A stretch of 13,085 nucleotides of DNA, taken from the NCBI GenBank assembly GCA_039091855.1, contig JAWCLA010000019.1, positions 1 to 13,085 of the forward strand. Reading direction: 5' to 3'. Below are positions 8,049 through 13,085 of this stretch, one piece after another. The notes under the pieces were generated by a model. It had not been told where the DNA came from and searched no databases. It saw nothing but the letters and a program-made list of their open reading frames with translations. This DNA comes from Candidatus Aenigmatarchaeota archaeon. GTDB lineage: Archaea > Aenigmatarchaeota > Aenigmatarchaeia > QMZP01. Within the stretch, counting starts at the first letter, position 1. Each line of letters starts with the position of its first letter. A program made the position numbers and the translations under genes.

Positions 8049-9899
8049 TCATCTCTTAATCTCCTCCCTGAGAACGTCTGCCACAATTTTCCCAGGGATT
8101 TTTCCCCTCACCTTTTCCATAACCAAGCCCATAAGAGCCTTCTCAGGGTTTGGAAGGGAAAAAACCTGCCTGTTAGAACTTATGGTATCCCTCACTATTT
8201 TTCTCAATTCGTCAATGGAAAGCGAGCCTGCCCCTGCCTTCTCAAGAACCTTTTCCATCCCAATTTCAGGATGCTCTGCCTGCACCTTGAGAACGTCAGG
8301 AAGCTTCTCCTTCGAGAATTTCCCCTCTTCAAGCGCCCTGAAAATTTCCATGAGGTGATTTTCAGAAAGCCTTTCAACAGGAATTCCTTCCCTGCGCAGA
8401 TATGTCAGTGTGGAAGTGAGCGTGTTGGCAACAAGGACAGGTTCCATTATGGTTTTGGCAGCCTTCTCAAACACAAAATCAAAACCCGAATTTACAACCT
8501 GTCTTGCGAGCTCCTCAGGTATCTTGTACTGCCTGACAAACCTTGCTATCTTGTGCTCTATTAGTTCTGGGGGGTTTTTCATTATTTTATCCAAAAGCCT
8601 CCTTTCAACAGGAATTGGTGGTATGTCAGTCTCAGGATACATCCTGGCTGAGCCTGGAAGAGGCCTCATATATTCAGTATCTCCTGAATCCAGAGCCTTC
8701 CTTGTCTCCTCCGGGATCCCGTCAACCAGCTGGTTAACCCTTCTTGCGAAAGCCTCTATCGCGCTTTTGCAGGACTTCACATCACCTGAAACTATCGCGA
8801 GCAAGTCCTCCTTTCCTGCCTTAATAAACTCCGCGAGCTCCCTGAACTCCTTTCCTAGGTTGTATTTTTCGACATCCTCATCACTATGGATTATTCCCTT
8901 CAATCCTGATTTAACCCTCACATAGTTGGCAATCTCGTTCCCCAAGGTTCTGGTTGGTGTGAGCTTCCTCTTCAAAAAACCTCCCATCTTGGGAACCTTT
9001 ATCGCGTATGTTTCCTTCCCCCTTGTTATGTTTGATTGCGCATTTCCGAATATGTGAGTTACATCAATTCCGTGGCACTCAATCTTTTGGAACCCAATTT
9101 CTTTTAGTTCCCTCATTATCTCAATAAGGGAAAGCTGCCTGAGCACCTCATTCTCGACAAGCTTTGGAATAAGGCGGAGTTCCTGCGCACCCTTTATCTC
9201 AACTCTTGCCCCATTCTTTATTGATATGTTTATGTCCTGCCTTATGGTTCCTATACCCCTCTTCACCTTTCCTGTAGAGCGGAGAAGCATCCCTATTGAT
9301 TCGCAAACCTCTCTTGCCTGTTCCGGAGTTTTTATTTCAGGGGATGTCCCTATCTCAACAAGTGGTATGCTCAACCTGTCAAGACCATAGGTAACTGACT
9401 TCTCTCCTGCTTCAATAATCTGGCACGCCTCCTCCTCAACGCATACGTTTGTTATACCAACCTTTCCACTTTTTGTTTGTAAAAAACCATCAATTCCTAT
9501 TATGGCAGTCCTCTGGAAGCCTGTTGTGTTTGAGCCGTCAATTACCTGCTTTCTCATAACATGGATTTCATCCGGAATGTCGCAGTTTAGCATTGTTGAG
9601 ACAACAAGCCCTGCCTCAAGTGCCTCCACATTCATCAGGTGTGGTGGCTCGCAGTCCATTTCCACTAGGCAGGAAGAACAAGGATACACTTTATATATGA
9701 ACTCCTTTCCCCTAAGGACCTCGTGAAGTGCAGCCCTGTCAATCTCGCCCAGCTCGCCCGCAACTGCCCTGAGTTTCCTCCTTATCTCTTCTTTCGGCTC
9801 CTCGTTTTTTACAGAACATTTGCAGAAAAGCTTTCCACCCTCCAGCTGTTGGTGTATCTCAACACCACACTTCAGTCCTATTTTATCATAGTCTAACAT
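8049..9899 (-). CDS. gatE: Glutamyl-tRNA(Gln) amidotransferase subunit E
   Basis: Motifs DYDKIGLKCGVEIHQQL, HVMRKQVIDGSNTTGFQRT, LDRLSIPLVEI, VKRGIGTIRQDINISI and MRPLPGSARMYPETDIPP, with a YqeY-like tail. Confidence 0.98.
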   Translation of the reverse strand: MLDYDKIGLKCGVEIHQQLEGGKLFCKCSVKNEEPKEEIRRKLRAVAGELGEIDRAALHEVLRGKEFIYKVYPCSSCLVEMDCEPPHLMNVEALEAGLVVSTMLNCDIPDEIHVMRKQVIDGSNTTGFQRTAIIGIDGFLQTKSGKVGITNVCVEEEACQIIEAGEKSVTYGLDRLSIPLVEIGTSPEIKTPEQAREVCESIGMLLRSTGKVKRGIGTIRQDINISIKNGARVEIKGAQELRLIPKLVENEVLRQLSLIEIMRELKEIGFQKIECHGIDVTHIFGNAQSNITRGKETYAIKVPKMGGFLKRKLTPTRTLGNEIANYVRVKSGLKGIIHSDEDVEKYNLGKEFRELAEFIKAGKEDLLAIVSGDVKSCKSAIEAFARRVNQLVDGIPEETRKALDSGDTEYMRPLPGSARMYPETDIPPIPVERRLLDKIMKNPPELIEHKIARFVRQYKIPEELARQVVNSGFDFVFEKAAKTIMEPVLVANTLTSTLTYLRREGIPVERLSENHLMEIFRALEEGKFSKEKLPDVLKVQAEHPEIGMEKVLEKAGAGSLSIDELRKIVRDTISSNRQVFSLPNPEKALMGLVMEKVRGKIPGKIVADVLREEIKR

Positions 9900-10485
9900 T
9901 CTTCTCCCCGTTTAATGACTCTCTTGTCGTCTGGATAATCTTGTGAAAGGCTTCATACTTGTCCTTCACCATATCCTTTCCCTCAGGGAGCAGGATTTTT
10001 TTGGACCAAGCCCTCTCTATCTCCTCTGCAACCCAGTCGCAAGCCTCCTTCACGCCAAGCCCCATCTCGTGGCAAGCCTCCCAGAAAAGGGCAGGTATTA
10101 TGTCAAGAGTGTACATTGCATCCGCTGTCGCCAATATCTTTGCCTCTATGGATTCCGGCTGCCTGTCCTTTGACTCCGCCCTGTGGGAAAGTATGCAGTC
10201 CACGACTTTCTTCACAACATCATCAGGATAGTTGTGGTCCCTGAGAATTACCTCAGCATCCTGCGCTCCAGAAAGGTGATGGTTAATATCACCATACCTT
10301 ATCCTTCCTATGTCGTGAAGCCATACCGCGAGCTCAAGAACCTCCATGTCCGGGTTGTAGATTTCGGCAAGCCTGTCTGCGTATTTCTTAACAATCATCA
10401 AGTGAAGGTTCCACTCATACATCTTGTTGGCTTTGCGGAGCTCCCACCTTACCAGCTCCTTTATCTTGTCGATTTTTGATGTCAT
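9886..10485 (-). CDS. HD-domain phosphohydrolase
   Basis: H...AVWLHDIG...HH..GA...CILSH...EAKILATADA HD-superfamily pattern. It overlaps the gatE start by 14 nt. Confidence 0.9.
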   Translation of the reverse strand: MTSKIDKIKELVRWELRKANKMYEWNLHLMIVKKYADRLAEIYNPDMEVLELAVWLHDIGRIRYGDINHHLSGAQDAEVILRDHNYPDDVVKKVVDCILSHRAESKDRQPESIEAKILATADAMYTLDIIPALFWEACHEMGLGVKEACDWVAEEIERAWSKKILLPEGKDMVKDKYEAFHKIIQTTRESLNGEKNVRL

Positions 10486-10506
10486 ATCTCACCAATTTCT
10501 TTTGTA

Positions 10507-10595
10507 AACCCCCTTTCTTGGGTAAGAGCTAATTCTTGTTTGAAGGCGTCAGCAGACGCCTTCTAATCCTCATTTCTTTCGGGAAAGAAGGGGTT
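10507..10595. other. Structured intergenic element between gatD and the HD gene
   Basis: Perfect 9-bp stem GAAGGCGTC-AGCA-GACGCCTTC (10542-10563), hairpin TTCTTT-CGGG-AAAGAA, and enclosing AACCCC (10507-10512)/GGGGTT (10590-10595). Confidence 0.6.
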
Positions 10596-10597
10596 GG

Positions 10598-11959
10598 TCA
10601 GTACAAAAAACTCTCCGGAACGCTCCTTTGAGTAATCTCTCCTGCATAATTGGTTAGCATCATCTCTTTTATTTTTTCCATCTTCCTTGTGTGTCCCAAA
10701 ACCCAACCCAACTTCACATAAGCTGTCTCAGGAAGCATATCCTCTCCAGGAATGGCTCCTGCCTCATAATAAAGTATTCTCAGGTTTGTGTAAACGTTTG
10801 GGTTTATCCTCCCGTAAAGTGTTTGCGGCGTGACGACAAAAGGTATGCTTTCCGAATGTTTTTTGACTGCTGAAATCCAGGATTTTTTTGCAAAGGTGGG
10901 GACATGCCCAAGCCCTGTTCCCTCTATCACAAAACCCTTTACACCGTTTCTCACATAATAATCAATCACCCTTGGGTCGGAACCTGGATAGGCCTTCAAA
11001 ATCGCTATATTAGGTTCAAACCTTATGTCAAGCCCGACCTTCCCCTCGGAGCGCTTTTTTTGGTTTGGGTTTATCTTGTCAACTCTTCCGTCAGGCCAAA
11101 CCTTTGCGAGAGGAAGGTCATTTATCGGACGGAAGGCGTCCCTTCTCGACGTGTGCATCTTCCTGACTTTTGTGCCCCTGATGAAAAGGCAGTATGTGTC
11201 TTCGGGTGAGCCGTGCATACATATACCAACCTCTGCAATGTCGCTAACAGCAACCCTTGCAGAGCATATCAAATTCATTCCGGCATCGGAGGAGCCCCTG
11301 TCAGAAGACCTCTGCGCGCCTGTCAGAACAACGGGCTTTGATAGGTTTCTCAAAAAGAATGACAGGGCCGCGGCCGTGTAATGCAGGGTATCTGTACCGT
11401 GGGTGATTATTATGCCTTTGTCACCAGAATTCAGCATTTTTGCAGCTTCCCTTGCTATCACCTTCCAGTCAGCAGGACCCATGTCCTCGCTCATCTTGGT
11501 GAAGGGGATTGACATTTTCCTTATGTTTACTATCTCACCGAGCTCGGGAACGTTGTGAAGCAACTCGAGTGGGTCGCTTATCGCCTTGACCCCTCCTGTC
11601 CTGTAATCAATCCTGCTCGCTATTGTCCCTCCCGTGGCAATCAAAGACACGGGTGGCTTTCCAGAATCGAACCTCACTTTCAGAAGCTCCTTTCTTGTCC
11701 TTCCAAGCTCGTATTCCTTCTCTTCCCTTATTTCTGAAGGCTCTTTCAATTGGGATTTTTCTATTTTTAGTCCCTTTTCGAATCTCACGCCAATATTGTA
11801 TCCATTATCAAGTTTTATCACAAGACAGTTTGCATCCCCGAGCTCTATTCTCGGCATAAGCAGTCCTTCATAGGCCTTTCCTGCCTTTGTAACCACCACT
11901 CTTTCTCCTATGCGGATTTTTTTCTTTTTTAACTTGGATTCTATGTTTTTTGAGTACAT
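10598..11959 (-). CDS. gatD: Glutamyl-tRNA(Gln) amidotransferase subunit D
   Basis: N-terminal GatD domain VIKLDNGYNIG, plus asparaginase-like motifs ATGGTIASRIDY, ITHGTDT, GAQRSSDRGSSDA and RKMHTSRRDAF. Confidence 0.98.
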   Translation of the reverse strand: MYSKNIESKLKKKKIRIGERVVVTKAGKAYEGLLMPRIELGDANCLVIKLDNGYNIGVRFEKGLKIEKSQLKEPSEIREEKEYELGRTRKELLKVRFDSGKPPVSLIATGGTIASRIDYRTGGVKAISDPLELLHNVPELGEIVNIRKMSIPFTKMSEDMGPADWKVIAREAAKMLNSGDKGIIITHGTDTLHYTAAALSFFLRNLSKPVVLTGAQRSSDRGSSDAGMNLICSARVAVSDIAEVGICMHGSPEDTYCLFIRGTKVRKMHTSRRDAFRPINDLPLAKVWPDGRVDKINPNQKKRSEGKVGLDIRFEPNIAILKAYPGSDPRVIDYYVRNGVKGFVIEGTGLGHVPTFAKKSWISAVKKHSESIPFVVTPQTLYGRINPNVYTNLRILYYEAGAIPGEDMLPETAYVKLGWVLGHTRKMEKIKEMMLTNYAGEITQRSVPESFLY

Positions 11960-11988
11960 AAGAATTCCTTAATCTGTTGATGTTATGA

Positions 11989-12025
11989 TTTAAATAAAAT
12001 TTATGGCAATCCATTTGTATTTAAA
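11989..12025. promoter_or_regulatory. Back-to-back TATA-like boxes for gatD (-) and tRNA-Met (+)
   Basis: TTTAAA at 11989-11994 (30 nt from the gatD ATG) and at 12020-12025 (about 26 nt before the tRNA 5' end). Confidence 0.55.
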
Positions 12026-12089
12026 TCACCTGCGATTAGAATAAATTGTTGCCTGTGTGGCTCAGTTGGTTAGAGCGCCAGACTCATAA

Positions 12090-12178
12090 ACTTCGCCTTG
12101 TGACTTGTTCATTGGGCGACAGAGACGGAGAAGTTCCTTTGGAACTTCCATTTGGGACTTCGCCTTGTGACTTGTTCA
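12090..12178 (+). repeat. Perfect 22-bp direct repeat inside intron 1 (12090-12111, 12157-12178)
   Basis: ACTTCGCCTTGTGACTTGTTCA occurs twice, flanking a 45-nt spacer that contains the hairpin GAAGTTCC-TTT-GGAACTTC (12130-12148). Confidence 0.95.
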
Positions 12179-12191
12179 AGGCATAAGTTGC

Positions 12192-12246
12192 GTTTATGAG
12201 TGATGAGCGGACAGGATGTTAAAATTGCTAAAAGATTCCGCGATGA
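12192..12246 (+). ncRNA. Putative intron-encoded box C/D-like guide for 2'-O-methylation of tRNA-Met C34
   Basis: GTTTATGAGT (12192-12201) is the exact reverse complement of ACTCATAAAC (12082-12091). It is followed by ATGA (12203-12206, within GTGATGA), the stem GCGGA/TCCGC, and GCGATGA (12240-12246). Confidence 0.55.
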
Positions 12247-12278
12247 GTTTTGGGATATCTGGAGGTCGTGGGTTCAAT

Positions 12279-12335
12279 CTGAGACCGAAGCCGAATGGTG
12301 AATAAAAAAGGCAATCCGGCTTCCTTCCATGAGCA
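12279..12335 (+). other. tRNA intron 2 (non-canonical position 59/60 in the T-loop, 57 nt)
   Basis: Complete BHB: GUGGG/CCCAC exon helix, central UUCA (12273-12276):UGAG (12330-12333), bulges AU|C and CA|C, and outer UG/CA. The internal stem is GAAGCCG/CGGCUUC. Confidence 0.88.
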
Positions 12336-12352
12336 CCCCACCACAGGCATTT

Positions 12353-13051
12353 TCAAATGTCAGAAAATGATATGTATTTTCCTGCGTGTTCGTTAATGAT
12401 TTTTTTCAGTTTTTCTTTTTCTACACACCCAATTCCCCTTTCCCTAAGCATTCTTTCAAGGGATTCTATGGTGTTCGTTTTCTTTTTATATATGTCAGGG
12501 AAAACCGTGAAGCCGCCATCATCAGCAACTATCGTTTCGTACCTCAGTATTATCAGCGTGTTTTCAGGAACAGCCGGATAAAGCTCAAGCATGTCAGGAA
12601 TGGAGAGTCTTATGCAGCCGTTTGAAACGGGCCTTCCTATGTTCCAGTATTCCGTTGTGGAGTGAATCCTGTATTTTTCAGTCAAACCGTAATTCTTGGT
12701 AAAAATCCTTATCCCGAGCGCCCTCATTTTTTCATAGGGAACCCTTACCCTTCTTCCGTCAATGGTTGAGCAGAACCTTATTATTTTTCCCTGAAGTGGT
12801 CCTGGATCCTTGTACCTGAACACCGGCCTTTCAACCTTCTCGTAAATAACACCCTTCCCAACAGGAGTCTGTGTTTGATGTTTTCCAACAGAAACCCTGA
12901 ACCTTCTTCCTTTGTATCTAAGGCAAAATTCGGGTATATTCACGTCAATGTATTCGCTTGATGGCAGGCAAAAATCAGGAACTATAAAGTCGGCTATCAT
13001 TCCCGCTGTCCCCAAGCCTGCATATCTAAGGAAATCCCTTCTCGAAATCAT
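12353..13051 (-). CDS. L,D-transpeptidase (YkuD/ErfK family) with Tat signal peptide
   Basis: SRRDFL twin-arginine motif, DVNIPEF.L, VSVGK..TQTP.G, and catalytic RIHST.....IGRPVSNGCIRL. Confidence 0.9.
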   Translation of the reverse strand: MISRRDFLRYAGLGTAGMIADFIVPDFCLPSSEYIDVNIPEFCLRYKGRRFRVSVGKHQTQTPVGKGVIYEKVERPVFRYKDPGPLQGKIIRFCSTIDGRRVRVPYEKMRALGIRIFTKNYGLTEKYRIHSTTEYWNIGRPVSNGCIRLSIPDMLELYPAVPENTLIILRYETIVADDGGFTVFPDIYKKKTNTIESLERMLRERGIGCVEKEKLKKIINEHAGKYISFSDI

Positions 13052-13085
13052 AAAAATCGCTATCTATTTGGGGAAAAATCTATTT

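Larger units (their letters stand above)
12089..12256 (+). other. tRNA intron 1 (position 37/38, 168 nt)
   Basis: BHB central helix CUCA (12083-12086):UGGG (12251-12254) with bulges UA|A and AU|A. The intron-side helix is weak (relaxed BHB). Confidence 0.9.
12051..12349 (+). tRNA. Elongator tRNA-Met(CAU) with two introns; exons 12051-12088, 12257-12278, 12336-12349; CCA not encoded
   Basis: Acceptor GCCTGTG/CACAGGC plus discriminator A, D-arm GCTC/GAGC, anticodon stem CCAGA/TCTGG with CAT at 12085-12087, and T-arm GTGGG/CCCAC with spliced loop TTCAATC. The GCC 5' end fits archaeal elongator Met rather than initiator Met or Ile2. Confidence 0.95.

Noticed and set aside
12279-12282. Perfect box D (CTGA) at the start of intron 2 as partner of the intron-1 boxes
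   Set aside because: It is separated from intron 1 by exon 2 and forms part of the BHB junction. A 4-mer match is expected by chance.
12051-12349. tRNA-Ile2(CAU), initiator tRNA-Met, or a split/integrase-disrupted tRNA
   Set aside because: The GCC-starting acceptor stem, G1-C72 pair and absence of three consecutive G-C anticodon-stem pairs fit elongator Met. Both interruptions have BHB junctions and are contiguous in cis.
451-12625. Numerous antisense or overlapping ORFs (e.g. 473-934, 6599-7138, 8410-8925, 11025-11381)
   Set aside because: They are shadows of well-supported genes on the opposite strand or in other frames, with no motifs of their own.
6395-13051. Complete peptidoglycan biosynthesis cluster or bacterial origin of the contig
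   Set aside because: There are no mur, mraY, PBP or racemase genes here, and gatDE plus BHB introns mark the backbone as archaeal.

Overview
Archaeal chromosomal window. The evidence is gatD/gatE, an archaeal-type SepF domain, TATA-like boxes and tRNA introns with bulge-helix-bulge (BHB) junctions; compact spacing suggests, by inference only, a DPANN-like lineage. Left to right it holds: a truncated minus-strand ORF, a helical hypothetical protein, a rhomboid protease, an orphan amino-DNA methyltransferase whose last 71 bp are perfectly duplicated around a hairpin, marC, an MFS transporter fused in frame to a SepF-like domain, a small RHH-like protein, a Ddl-like ATP-grasp ligase, a membrane protein, gatE, an HD hydrolase, gatD, an elongator tRNA-Met(CAU), and a Tat-signal L,D-transpeptidase-family gene. 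The tRNA has two introns (168 nt at 37/38; 57 nt at non-canonical 59/60). The best candidate for something new is in the long intron: a perfect 10-nt antisense to the tRNA's own anticodon/exon-intron junction, followed by box C/D-like elements whose N+5 position falls exactly on C34. This suggests a self-encoded Cm34 guide RNA. Also notable are the MFS-SepF fusion, a bacterial-type L,D-transpeptidase in an archaeon, and two 'direct repeat-hairpin-direct repeat' structures.
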